Part shown: piece by piece, positions 52,111 to 64,000 of the stretch
Layout of the letters: each line of letters opens with the position of its first letter
Numbering within the stretch: the stretch's first letter is position 1
Notes under the pieces: model-generated
What the model saw: only the letters and a program-made list of their open reading frames with translations
Told to the model about the DNA's origin: nothing
Database searches by the model: none
Translations under genes and position numbers: made by a program
Source: the human T2T-CHM13v2.0 reference genome, Homo sapiens
Direction: 5' to 3' (one strand)
Assembly (NCBI RefSeq): GCF_009914755.1
Contig: NC_060937.1
Length of the DNA stretch: 64,000 nucleotides

Positions 52111-54656
52111 GTGTTTCAAACCTGCTCTATGAAAGGGAATCTTCAACTCTATGAGTTGAATGCAGACATCAGAAAGAAATTTCTGAGAATGCTGCTGTCT
52201 ACCTTTTATTTGAATTCCCGCTTCCAACGAAATCCTCCAAGCTATCCAAATATCCACTTGCAGATTCCACAAAAAGAGTGTTTCAAAACTGCTCTCTATC
52301 AATGGCAAAGTTCAACTCTGTTAGTTGAGGACACATATCACCAACAAGTTTCTGAGAATGCTTCTGTCTATTTTTTATGGGAAGATATTTCCTTTTTCAC
52401 CGTAGGCGTCAAGGCGATCGAAATGTCCACTTCCACAAACTACAAAAAGAGTGTTTCAAACCTGCTCTATGAAAGGCCATGTTCATCTCTATGAGTCGAA
52501 TGGAAATATCCGAAAGAAATTTCTGGGAATGCTGCTGTCTAGTTTTTATACGAATTCCCGCTTCCAACGAAATCCTCAAAGCAATCCAAATATCCACTTG
52601 CAGAATCCACAAAAAGAGTGTTTCAAAACTGCTCTATCAATAGAAAGGTTCAACTCTTTTAGTTGAGTACACACATCACAAACAAGTTTCTGAGAATGCT
52701 TCTGTCTGGCTTTTATTGGAAGACGTTTCCTTTTCACCAAAGGCATCAAAGCGCTCCAAATGTCCACTTCCAGATTCTTCCAAAAGAGTGTTTGAAACGT
52801 GCTCAAAGTAAGGGAATGTTCAACTCTGTGACTTGAATGCAGATATCACCAAGTAGTTTCTAATAGTGCTTCTGTCTAGATTTTAGATGATGATATTCCC
52901 GTTTCCAACGAAATCGTTAGAGCTATCCAAATATCCACTTACAGTTTCTACAAAAAGAGTGTTTCCAAACTGCTGCATCAAAAGAAAGGTTCAACTCTGT
53001 TAGTTGAGGACACACATCACAAAGAAGTTTGTGAGAATGCTTCTGTCTAGATTTTGTATGACCATATTCCCTTTTCCAGCGATATCATTAAAGCAATCTA
53101 AATATCCATTTGCAGAATCCACAAAAATAGAGTTTCAAAGCTGCTCTGTAAAAAGAAAGGTTCCACTCTGTTAGCTGAGTACACACATCACAAACTTGTT
53201 TCTCAGAATCCTTCTGTCTCGTTTTTCTGGGAAGATATTTACTTTTTCACTGTAGGCATCAAAGCGCTCCAAATGTCCACATCCAGATACTCCAGAAAGA
53301 GTGTTTCAAACCTGCTCTATGAAAGGGAATCTTCAACTCTATGAGTTGAATGCAGACATCAGAAAGAAATTTCTGAGAATGCTGCTGTCTACCTTTTATT
53401 TGAACTCCCGCTTCCAACGAAATCCTCCAAGCTATCCAAATATCCACTTGCATTTTCCACAAAAAGAGTGCTTCAAAACTGCTCTATCAATAAATGTTCA
53501 ACTCCTTTGGCTGGGTGCACACATCACAAACAAGTTTCTGAGAATGCTTCTGTCTAGTTTTTATGGGAAGACATTCCCTTTTTCACCAAAGGCATCAAAG
53601 CGCTCCAAATGTCCACTTCCAGACACTACAAAAAGAGTGTTTCCAACGTGCTCTAAGAAAGCGAATGTTCAACTCTGTGACTTGAATGCAGATATCACAA
53701 AGTAGTTTCTGAGAGGGCTTCTGTCTAGATTTTAGATGATGATATTCCCGTTTCCAACGAAATCATTAGAGCTATCCAAATATCCACTTACAGTTTCTAC
53801 AAAAAGAGTGTTTCCAAACTGCTGCATCAAAAGAGAGGTTCCACTCTGTTAGCTGAGTACACACATCACAAACTTGTTTCTGAGAATCCTTCTGTGTCGT
53901 TTTTATGGGAAGATATTTACTTTTTCACCGTAGGCATCAAAGCGCTCCAAATGTCCACATCCAGATACTCCAGAAAGAGTGTTTCAAACCTGCTCTATGA
54001 AAGGGAATCTTCAACTCTATGAGTTGAATGCAGACATCAGAAAGAAATTTCTGAGAATGCTGCTGTCTACCTTTTATTTGAACTCCCGCTTCCAACGAAA
54101 TCCTCCAAGCTATCCAAATATCCACTTGCATTTTCCACAAAAAGAGTGCTTCAAAACTGCTCTATCAATAAATGTTCAACTCCTTTAGCTGGGTGCACAC
54201 ATCACAAACAAGTTTCTGAGAATGCTTCTGTCTAGTTTTTATGGGAAGACATTCCCTTTTTCACCAAAGGCATCAAAGCGCTCCAAATGTCCACTTCCAG
54301 ACACTACAAAAAGAGTGTTTCCAACGTGCTCTAAGAAAGCGAATGTTCAACTCTGTGACTTGAATACAGATATCACAAAGTAGTTTCTGAGAGGGCTTCT
54401 GTCTAGATTTTAGATGATGATATTCCCGTTTCCAACGAAATCATTAGAGCTATCCAAATATCCACTTACAGTTTCTACAAAAAGAGTGTTTCCAAACTGC
54501 TGCATCAAAAGAGAGGTTCCACTCTGTTAGCTGAGTACACACATCACAAACTTGTTTCTGAGAATCCTTCTGTGTCGTTTTTCTGGGAAGATATTTACTT
54601 TTTCACCGTAGGCATCAAAGCGCTCCAAATGTCCACATCCAGATACTCCAGAAAGA
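52111..54656 (-). repeat. 15-mer structural variant (7+4+4), single occurrence
   Basis: Two consecutive 678-bp cassettes at 53301 and 53979. Confidence 0.9.
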
Positions 54657-57600
54657 GTGTTTCAAACCTGCTCTATGAAAGGGAATCTTCAACTCTATGA
54701 GTTGAATGCAGACATCAGAAAGAAATTTCTGAGAATGCTGCTGTCTACCTTTTATTTGAATTCCCGCTTCCAACGAAATCCTCCAAGCTATCCAAATATC
54801 CACTTGCAGATTCCACAAAAAGAGTGTTTCAAAACTGCTCTCTATCAATGGCAAAGTTCAACTCTGTTAGTTGAGGACACATATCACCAACAAGTTTCTG
54901 AGAATGCTTCTGTCTATTTTTTATGGGAAGATATTTCCTTTTTCACCGTAGGCGTCAAGGCGATCGAAATGTCCACTTCCACAAACTACAAAAAGAGTGT
55001 TTCAAACCTGCTCTATGAAAGGCCATGTTCATCTCTATGAGTCGAATGGAAATATCCGAAAGAAATTTCTGGGAATGCTGCTGTCTAGTTTTTATACGAA
55101 TTCCCGCTTCCAACGAAATCCTCAAAGCAATCCAAATATCCACTTGCAGAATCCACAAAAAGAGTGTTTCAAAACTGCTCTATCAATAGAAAGGTTCAAC
55201 TCTTTTAGTTGAGTACACACATCACAAACAAGTTTCTGAGAATGCTTCTGTCTGGCTTTTATTGGAAGACGTTTCCTTTTCACCAAAGGCATCAAAGCGC
55301 TCCAAATGTCCACTTCCAGATTCTTCCAAAAGAGTGTTTGAAACGTGCTCAAAGTAAGGGAATGTTCAACTCTGTGACTTGAATGCAGATATCACCAAGT
55401 AGTTTCTAATAGTGCTTCTGTCTAGATTTTAGATGATGATATTCCCGTTTCCAACGAAATCGTTAGAGCTATCCAAATATCCACTTACAGTTGCTACAAA
55501 AACAGTGTTTCCAAACTGCTGCATCAAAAGAAAGGTTCAACTCTGTTAGTTGAGGACACACGTCACAAAGAAGTTTGTGAGAATGCTTCTGTCTAGATTT
55601 TGTATGACGATATTCCCTTTTCCAACGATATCGTTAAAGCAATCTAAATATCCATTTGCAGAATCCACAAAAATAGAGTTTCAAAGCTGCTCTGTAAAAA
55701 GAAAGGTTCCACTCTGTTAGCTGAGTACACACATCACAAACTTGTTTCTCAGAATCCTTCTGTCTCGTTTTTCTGGGAAGATATTTACTTTTTCACCGTA
55801 GGCATCAAAGCGCTCCAAATGTCCACATCCAGATACTCCAGAAAGAGTGTTTCAAACCTGCTCTATGAAAGGGAATCTTCAACTCTATGAGTTGAATGCA
55901 GACATCAGAAAGAAATTTCTGAGAATGCTGCTGTCTACCTTTTATTTGAATTCCCGCTTCCAACGAAATCCTCCAAGCTATCCAAATATCCACTTGCAGA
56001 TTCCACAAAAAGAGTGTTTCAAAACTGCTCTCTATCAATGGCAAAGTTCAACTCTGTTAGTTGAGGACACATATCACCAACAAGTTTCTGAGAATGCTTC
56101 TGTCTATTTTTTATGGGAAGATATTTCCTTTTTCACCGTAGGCGTCAAGGCGATCGAAATGTCCACTTCCACAAACTACAAAAAGAGTGTTTCAAACCTG
56201 CTCTATGAAAGGCCATGTTCATCTCTATGAGTCGAATGGAAATATCCGAAAGAAATTTCTGGGAATGCTGCTGTCTAGTTTTTATACGAATTCCCGCTTC
56301 CAACGAAATCCTCAAAGCAATCCAAATATCCACTTGCAGAATCCACAAAAAGAGTGTTTCAAAACTGCTCTATCAATAGAAAGGTTCAACTCTTTTAGTT
56401 GAGTACACACATCACAAACAAGTTTCTGAGAATGCTTCTGTCTGGCTTTTATTGGAAGACGTTTCCTTTTCACCAAAGGCATCAAAGCGCTCCAAATGTC
56501 CACTTCCAGATTCTTCCAAAAGAGTGTTTGAAACGTGCTCAAAGTAAGGGAATGTTCAACTCTGTGACTTGAATGCAGATATCACCAAGTAGTTTCTAAT
56601 AGTGCTTCTGTCTAGATTTTAGATGATGATATTCCCGTTTCCAACGAAATCGTTAGAGCTATCCAAATATCCACTTACAGTTGCTACAAAAACAGTGTTT
56701 CCAAACTGCTGCATCAAAAGAAAGGTTCAACTCTGTTAGTTGAGGACACACGTCACAAAGAAGTTTGTGAGAATGCTTCTGTCTAGATTTTGTATGACGA
56801 TATTCCCTTTTCCAACGATATCGTTAAAGCAATCTAAATATCCATTTGCAGAATCCACAAAAATAGAGTTTCAAAGCTGCTCTGTAAAAAGAAAGGTTCC
56901 ACTCTGTTAGCTGAGTACACACATCACAAACTTGTTTCTCAGAATCCTTCTGTCTCGTTTTTCTGGGAAGATATTTACTTTTTCACCGTAGGCATCAAAG
57001 CGCTCCAAATGTCCACATCCAGATACTCCAGAAAGAGTGTTTCAAACCTGCTCTATGAAAGGGAATCTTCAACTCTATGAGTTGAATGCAGACATCAGAA
57101 AGAAATTTCTGAGAATGCTGCTGTCTACCTTTTATTTGAATTCCCGCTTCCAACGAAATCCTCCAAGCTATCCAAATATCCACTTGCAGATTCCACAAAA
57201 AGAGTGTTTCAAAACTGCTCTCTATCAATGGCAAAGTTCAACTCTGTTAGTTGAGGACACATATCACCAACAAGTTTCTGAGAATGCTTCTGTCTATTTT
57301 TTATGGGAAGATATTTCCTTTTTCACCGTAGGCGTCAAGGCGATCGAAATGTCCACTTCCACAAACTACAAAAAGAGTGTTTCAAACCTGCTCTATGAAA
57401 GGCCATGTTCATCTCTATGAGTCGAATGGAAATATCCGAAAGAAATTTCTGGGAATGCTGCTGTCTAGTTTTTATACGAATTCCCGCTTCCAACGAAATC
57501 CTCAAAGCAATCCAAATATCCACTTGCAGAATCCACAAAAAGAGTGTTTCAAAACTGCTCTATCAATAGAAAGGTTCAACTCTTTTAGTTGAGTACACAC

Positions 57601-60600
57601 ATCACAAACAAGTTTCTGAGAATGCTTCTGTCTGGCTTTTATTGGAAGACGTTTCCTTTTCACCAAAGGCATCAAAGCGCTCCAAATGTCCACTTCCAGA
57701 TTCTTCCAAAAGAGTGTTTGAAACGTGCTCAAAGTAAGGGAATGTTCAACTCTGTGACTTGAATGCAGATATCACCAAGTAGTTTCTAATAGTGCTTCTG
57801 TCTAGATTTTAGATGATGATATTCCCGTTTCCAACGAAATCGTTAGAGCTATCCAAATATCCACTTACAGTTTCTACAAAAAGAGTGTTTCCAAACTGCT
57901 GCATCAAAAGAAAGGTTCAACTCTGTTAGTTGAGGACACACGTCACAAAGAAGTTTGTGAGAATGCTTCTGTCTAGATTTTGTATGACCATATTCCCTTT
58001 TCCAGCGATATCATTAAAGCAATCTAAATATCCATTTGCAGAATCCACAAAAATAGAGTTTCAAAGCTGCTCTGTAAAAAGAAAGGTTCCACTCTGTTAG
58101 CTGAGTACACACATCACAAACTTGTTTCTCAGAATCCTTCTGTCTCGTTTTTCTGGGAAGATATTTACTTTTTCACCGTAGGCATCAAAGCGCTCCAAAT
58201 GTCCACATCCAGATACTCCAGAAAGAGTGTTTCAAACCTGCTCTATGAAAGGGAATCTTCAACTCTATGAGTTGAATGCAGACATCAGAAAGAAATTTCT
58301 GAGAATGCTGCTGTCTACCTTTTATTTGAATTCCCGCTTCCAACGAAATCCTCCAAGCTATCCAAATATCCACCTGCATTTTCCACAAAAAGAGCGTTTC
58401 AAAACTGCTCTATCAATAGAAATGTTCAACTCCTTTGGCTGGGTACACACATCACAAACAAGTTTCTGAGAATGCTTCTGTCTAGTTTTTATGGGAAGAC
58501 ATTCCCTTTTTCACCAAAGGCATCAAAGCGCTCCAAATGTCCACTTCCAGACACTACAAAAAGAGTGTTTCCAACGTGCTCTAAGAAAGCGAATGTTCAA
58601 CTCTGTGACTTGAATGCAGATATCACAAAGTAGTTTCTGAGAGGGCTTCTGTCTAGATTTTAGATGATGATATTCCCGTTTCCAACGAAATCATTAGAGC
58701 TATCCAAATATCCACTTACAGTTTCTACAAAAAGAGTGTTTCCAAACTGCTGCATCAAAAGAGAGGTTCCACTCTGTTAGCTGAGTACACACATCACAAA
58801 CTTGTTTCTCAGAATCCTTCTGTCTCGTTTTTCTGGGAAGATATTTACTTTTTCACCGTAGGCATCAAAGCGCTCCAAATGTCCACATCCAGATACTCCA
58901 GAAAGAGTGTTTCAAACCTGCTCTATGAAAGGGAATCTTCAACTCTATGAGTTGAATGCAGACATCAGAAAGAAATTTCTGAGAATGCTGCTGTCTACCT
59001 TTTATTTGAATTCCCGCTTCCAACGAAATCCTCCAAGCTATCCAAATATCCACTTGCAGATTCCACAAAAAGAGTGTTTCAAAACTGCTCTCTATCAATG
59101 GCAAAGTTCAACTCTGTTAGTTGAGGACACATATCACCAACAAGTTTCTGAGAATGCTTCTGTCTATTTTTTATGGGAAGATATTTCCTTTTTCACCGTA
59201 GGCGTCAAGGCGATCGAAATGTCCACTTCCACAAACTACAAAAAGAGTGTTTCAAACCTGCTCTATGAAAGGCCATGTTCATCTCTATGAGTCGAATGGA
59301 AATATCCGAAAGAAATTTCTGGGAATGCTGCTGTCTAGTTTTTATACGAATTCCCGCTTCCAACGAAATCCTCAAAGCAATCCAAATATCCACTTGCAGA
59401 ATCCACAAAAAGAGTGTTTCAAAACTGCTCTATCAATAGAAAGGTTCAACTCTTTTAGTTGAGTACACACATCACAAACAAGTTTCTGAGAATGCTTCTG
59501 TCTGGCTTTTATTGGAAGACGTTTCCTTTTCACCAAAGGCATCAAAGCGCTCCAAATGTCCACTTCCAGATTCTTCCAAAAGAGTGTTTGAAACGTGCTC
59601 AAAGTAAGGGAATGTTCAACTCTGTGACTTGAATGCAGATATCACCAAGTAGTTTCTAATAGTGCTTCTGTCTAGATTTTAGATGATGATATTCCCGTTT
59701 CCAACGAAATCGTTAGAGCTATCCAAATATCCACTTACAGTTGCTACAAAAACAGTGTTTCCAAACTGCTGCATCAAAAGAAAGGTTCAACTCTGTTAGT
59801 TGAGGACACACGTCACAAAGAAGTTTGTGAGAATGCTTCTGTCTAGATTTTGTATGACGATATTCCCTTTTCCAACGATATCATTAAAGCAATCTAAATA
59901 TCCATTTGCAGAATCCACAAAAATAGAGTTTCAAAGCTGCTCTGTAAAAAGAAAGGTTCCACTCTGTTAGCTGAGTACACACATCACAAACTTGTTTCTC
60001 AGAATCCTTCTGTCTCGTTTTTATGGGAAGATATTTACTTTTTCACCGTAGGCATCAAAGCGCTCCAAATGTCCACATCCAGATACTCCAGAAAGAGTGT
60101 TTCAAACCTGCTCTATGAAAGGGAATCTTCAACTCTATGAGTTGAATGCAGACATCAGAAAGAAATTTCTGAGAATGCTGCTGTCTACCTTTTATTTGAA
60201 TTCCCGCTTCCAACGAAATCCTCCAAGCTATCCAAATATCCACTTGCAGATTCCACAAAAAGAGTGTTTCAAAACTGCTCTCTATCAATGGCAAAGTTCA
60301 ACTCTGTTAGTTGAGGACACATATCACCAACAAGTTTCTGAGAATGCTTCTGTCTATTTTTTATGGGAAGATATTTCCTTTTTCACCGTAGGCGTCAAGG
60401 CGATCGAAATGTCCACTTCCACAAACTACAAAAAGAGTGTTTCAAACCTGCTCTATGAAAGGCCATGTTCATCTCTATGAGTCGAATGGAAATATCCGAA
60501 AGAAATTTCTGGGAATGCTGCTGTCTAGTTTTTATACGAATTCCCGCTTCCAACGAAATCCTCAAATCAATCCAAATATCCACTTGCAGAATCCACAAAA

Positions 60601-63600
60601 AGAGTGTTTCAAAACTGCTCTATCAATAGAAAGGTTCAACTCTTTTAGTTGAGTACACACATCACAAACAAGTTTCTGAGAATGCTTCTGTCTGGCTTTT
60701 ATTGGAAGACGTTTCCTTTTCACCAAAGGCATCAAAGCGCTCCAAATGTCCACTTCCAGATTCTTCCAAAAGAGTGTTTGAAACGTGCTCAAAGTAAGGG
60801 AATGTTCAACTCTGTGACTTGAATGCAGATATCACCAAGTAGTTTCTAATAGTGCTTCTGTCTAGATTTTAGATGATGATATTCCCGTTTCCAACGAAAT
60901 CGTTAGAGCTATCCAAATATCCACTTACAGTTGCTACAAAAACAGTGTTTCCAAACTGCTGCATCAAAAGAAAGGTTCAACTCTGTTAGTTGAGGACACA
61001 CGTCACAAAGAAGTTTGTGAGAATGCTTCTGTCTAGATTTTGTATGACGATATTCCCTTTTCCAACGATATCGTTAAAGCAATCTAAATATCCATTTGCA
61101 GAATCCACAAAAATAGAGTTTCAAAGCTGCTCTGTAAAAAGAAAGGTTCCACTCTGTTAGCTGAGTACACACATCACAAACTTGTTTCTCAGAATCCTTC
61201 TGTCTCGTTTTTCTGGGAAGATATTTACTTTTTCACCGTAGGCATCAAAGCGCTCCAAATGTCCACATCCAGATACTCCAGAAAGAGTGTTTCAAACCTG
61301 CTCTATGAAAGGGAATCTTCAACTCTATGAGTTGAATGCAGACATCAGAAAGAAATTTCTGAGAATGCTGCTGTCTACCTTTTATTTGAATTCCCGCTTC
61401 CAACGAAATCCTCCAAGCTATCCAAATATCCACTTGCAGATTCCACAAAAAGAGTGTTTCAAAACTGCTCTCTATCAATGGCAAAGTTCAACTCTGTTAG
61501 TTGAGGACACATATCACCAACAAGTTTCTGAGAATGCTTCTGTCTATTTTTTATGGGAAGATATTTCCTTTTTCACCGTAGGCGTCAAGGCGATCGAAAT
61601 GTCCACTTCCACAAACTACAAAAAGAGTGTTTCAAACCTGCTCTATGAAAGGCCATGTTCATCTCTATGAGTCGAATGGAAATATCCGAAAGAAATTTCT
61701 GGGAATGCTGCTGTCTAGTTTTTATACGAATTCCCGCTTCCAACGAAATCCTCAAAGCAATCCAAATATCCACTTGCAGAATCCACAAAAAGAGTGTTTC
61801 AAAACTGCTCTATCAATAGAAAGGTTCAACTCTTTTAGTTGAGTACACACATCACAAACAAGTTTCTGAGAATGCTTCTGTCTGGCTTTTATTGGAAGAC
61901 GTTTCCTTTTCACCAAAGGCATCAAAGCGCTCCAAATGTCCACTTCCAGATTCTTCCAAAAGAGTGTTTGAAACGTGCTCAAAGTAAGGGAATGTTCAAC
62001 TCTGTGACTTGAATGCAGATATCACCAAGTAGTTTCTAATAGTGCTTCTGTCTAGATTTTAGATGATGATATTCCCGTTTCCAACGAAATCGTTAGAGCT
62101 ATCCAAATATCCACTTACAGTTGCTACAAAAACAGTGTTTCCAAACTGCTGCATCAAAAGAAAGGTTCAACTCTGTTAGTTGAGGACACACGTCACAAAG
62201 AAGTTTGTGAGAATGCTTCTGTCTAGATTTTGTATGACGATATTCCCTTTTCCAACGATATCGTTAAAGCAATCTAAATATCCATTTGCAGAATCCACAA
62301 AAATAGAGTTTCAAAGCTGCTCTGTAAAAAGAAAGGTTCCACTCTGTTAGCTGAGTACACACATCACAAACTTGTTTCTCAGAATCCTTCTGTCTCGTTT
62401 TTCTGGGAAGATATTTACTTTTTCACCGTAGGCATCAAAGCGCTCCAAATGTCCACATCCAGATACTCCAGAAAGAGTGTTTCAAACCTGCTCTATGAAA
62501 GGGAATCTTCAACTCTATGAGTTGAATGCAGACATCAGAAAGAAATTTCTGAGAATGCTGCTGTCTACCTTTTATTTGAATTCCCGCTTCCAACGAAATC
62601 CTCCAAGCTATCCAAATATCCACTTGCAGATTCCACAAAAAGAGTGTTTCAAAACTGCTCTCTATCAATGGCAAAGTTCAACTCTGTTAGTTGAGGACAC
62701 ATATCACCAACAAGTTTCTGAGAATGCTTCTGTCTATTTTTTATGGGAAGATATTTCCTTTTTCACCGTAGGCGTCAAGGCGATCGAAATGTCCACTTCC
62801 ACAAACTACAAAAAGAGTGTTTCAAACCTGCTCTATGAAAGGCCATGTTCATCTCTATGAGTCGAATGGAAATATCCGAAAGAAATTTCTGGGAATGCTG
62901 CTGTCTAGTTTTTATACGAATTCCCGCTTCCAACGAAATCCTCAAAGCAATCCAAATATCCACTTGCAGAATCCACAAAAAGAGTGTTTCAAAACTGCTC
63001 TATCAATAGAAAGGTTCAACTCTTTTAGTTGAGTACACACATCACAAACAAGTTTCTGAGAATGCTTCTGTCTGGCTTTTATTGGAAGACGTTTCCTTTT
63101 CACCAAAGGCATCAAAGCGCTCCAAATGTCCACTTCCAGATTCTTCCAAAAGAGTGTTTGAAACGTGCTCAAAGTAAGGGAATGTTCAACTCTGTGACTT
63201 GAATGCAGATATCACCAAGTAGTTTCTAATAGTGCTTCTGTCTAGATTTTAGATGATGATATTCCCGTTTCCAACGAAATCGTTAGAGCTATCCAAATAT
63301 CCACTTACAGTTGCTACAAAAACAGTGTTTCCAAACTGCTGCATCAAAAGAAAGGTTCAACTCTGTTAGTTGAGGACACACGTCACAAAGAAGTTTGTGA
63401 GAATGCTTCTGTCTAGATTTTGTATGACGATATTCCCTTTTCCAACGATATCGTTAAAGCAATCTAAATATCCATTTGCAGAATCCACAAAAATAGAGTT
63501 TCAAAGCTGCTCTGTAAAAAGAAAGGTTCCACTCTGTTAGCTGAGTACACACATCACAAACTTGTTTCTCAGAATCCTTCTGTCTCGTTTTTCTGGGAAG

Positions 63601-64000
63601 ATATTTACTTTTTCACCGTAGGCATCAAAGCGCTCCAAATGTCCACATCCAGATACTCCAGAAAGAGTGTTTCAAACCTGCTCTATGAAAGGGAATCTTC
63701 AACTCTATGAGTTGAATGCAGACATCAGAAAGAAATTTCTGAGAATGCTGCTGTCTACCTTTTATTTGAATTCCCGCTTCCAACGAAATCCTCCAAGCTA
63801 TCCAAATATCCACTTGCAGATTCCACAAAAAGAGTGTTTCAAAACTGCTCTCTATCAATGGCAAAGTTCAACTCTGTTAGTTGAGGACACATATCACCAA
63901 CAAGTTTCTGAGAATGCTTCTGTCTATTTTTTATGGGAAGATATTTCCTTTTTCACCGTAGGCGTCAAGGCGATCGAAATGTCCACTTCCACAAACTACA

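Larger units (their letters stand above)
1..64000 (-). repeat. Centromeric alpha-satellite HOR array, SF2-type, alphaRI chr13/21 family (D13Z1/D21Z1-like; probably chr13)
   Basis: Tandem ~170-bp monomers throughout, with alphoid hallmarks (ttcaactctgt, ttctgagaatgcttctgtctag, CENP-B and pJalpha boxes). Identical ORF translations recur at 1190/680/678-bp steps. The reverse complement reads 'aattcaaataaaaggtagacagcagcattctcagaaatttctttctgatgtctgcattcaactcatagagttgaagattccc', which I recall as the alphaRI-680/alpha21-I sequence (not database-checked). Confidence is for alpha-satellite HOR identity; the family assignment is ~0.85 and chr13 over chr21 is ~0.65. Confidence 0.98.

Noticed and set aside
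53301-53705. Unique longer 134-aa ORF
   Set aside because: It results from a single G at 53509 (TAG>TGG) in a 4-mer cassette. This is a repeat SNV, not evidence of coding.
17-63864. About 200 short ORFs (67-134 aa) on both strands
   Set aside because: They are the same few translations repeating with the HOR period and overlapping on both strands. Many begin at non-ATG codons (e.g. GTG at 1129), and none shows a recognisable domain. They are chance open frames in alpha satellite.
1-64000. CRISPR-like repeat/spacer array or novel prokaryotic-type system
   Set aside because: There are no unique spacers, no cas or other genes, and no leader. All sequence is ~170-bp alphoid monomer.
1-64000. 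Assignment to D8Z2 (chr8) or D9Z4 (chr9), other SF2 arrays with 4/7/11-mer variants
   Set aside because: Unit sizes alone are compatible, but the monomer sequence and 680-bp EcoRI unit match my recollection of the chr13/21 alphaRI family. Not formally excluded; HumAS-HMMER or BLAST against T2T-CHM13 would decide.
1-64000. Inversions, L1/Alu insertions or non-alphoid islands
   Set aside because: All CENP-B boxes seen are on one strand, and unit lengths sum exactly to the window coordinates, leaving no room for inserted sequence.
1-64000. Order of 7- and 4-mer units as an information-bearing code
   Set aside because: The order is adequately explained by nested tandem duplications and exchange in the shared 290-bp block. 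Nothing in the sequence supports a read-out function.

Overview
The whole 64-kb window is an uninterrupted, single-orientation primate (human-type) centromeric alpha-satellite higher-order-repeat (HOR) array of ~170-bp monomers. I saw no genes, RNA genes, transposon insertions or inversions. Monomers largely alternate between A-type (pJalpha-like box) and B-type (CENP-B box, canonical motif on the minus strand), a dimeric suprachromosomal-family-2 (SF2) style. From recall, the sequence and its 680-bp EcoRI unit match the chromosome 13/21 alphaRI family (D13Z1/D21Z1). The dominance of 7-mers suggests chromosome 13, which is an inference. The array is built from a 1190-bp 7-mer (44 complete plus 2 partial copies) and a 4-mer cassette (15 copies: four 680-bp '4a' and eleven 678-bp '4b'); 7+4 gives the 11-mer of 1868/1870 bp. 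Cutting at the shared 'gtgtttcaaacctgctctatgaaagggaatc' anchor, the order is 7(part) 7 4a 7 [7 7 4b]x6 7 7 4a 7 7 4b 7 7 7 4b 7 7 7 7 4b 7x10 4a 7 7 4b' 4b 7 7 7 4a 7 7 7 7 7(part). All listed ORFs are repeat artefacts. I do not see a novel gene system. The interesting signal is structural: an emergent 18-mer (3058 bp) super-HOR, SNV-marked 5438-bp and 5950-bp tandem duplications, long-range block copies, a 290-bp internal direct repeat that explains the 4/7/11/15-mer series, chimeric units, and one CENP-B box disrupted at its CpG.
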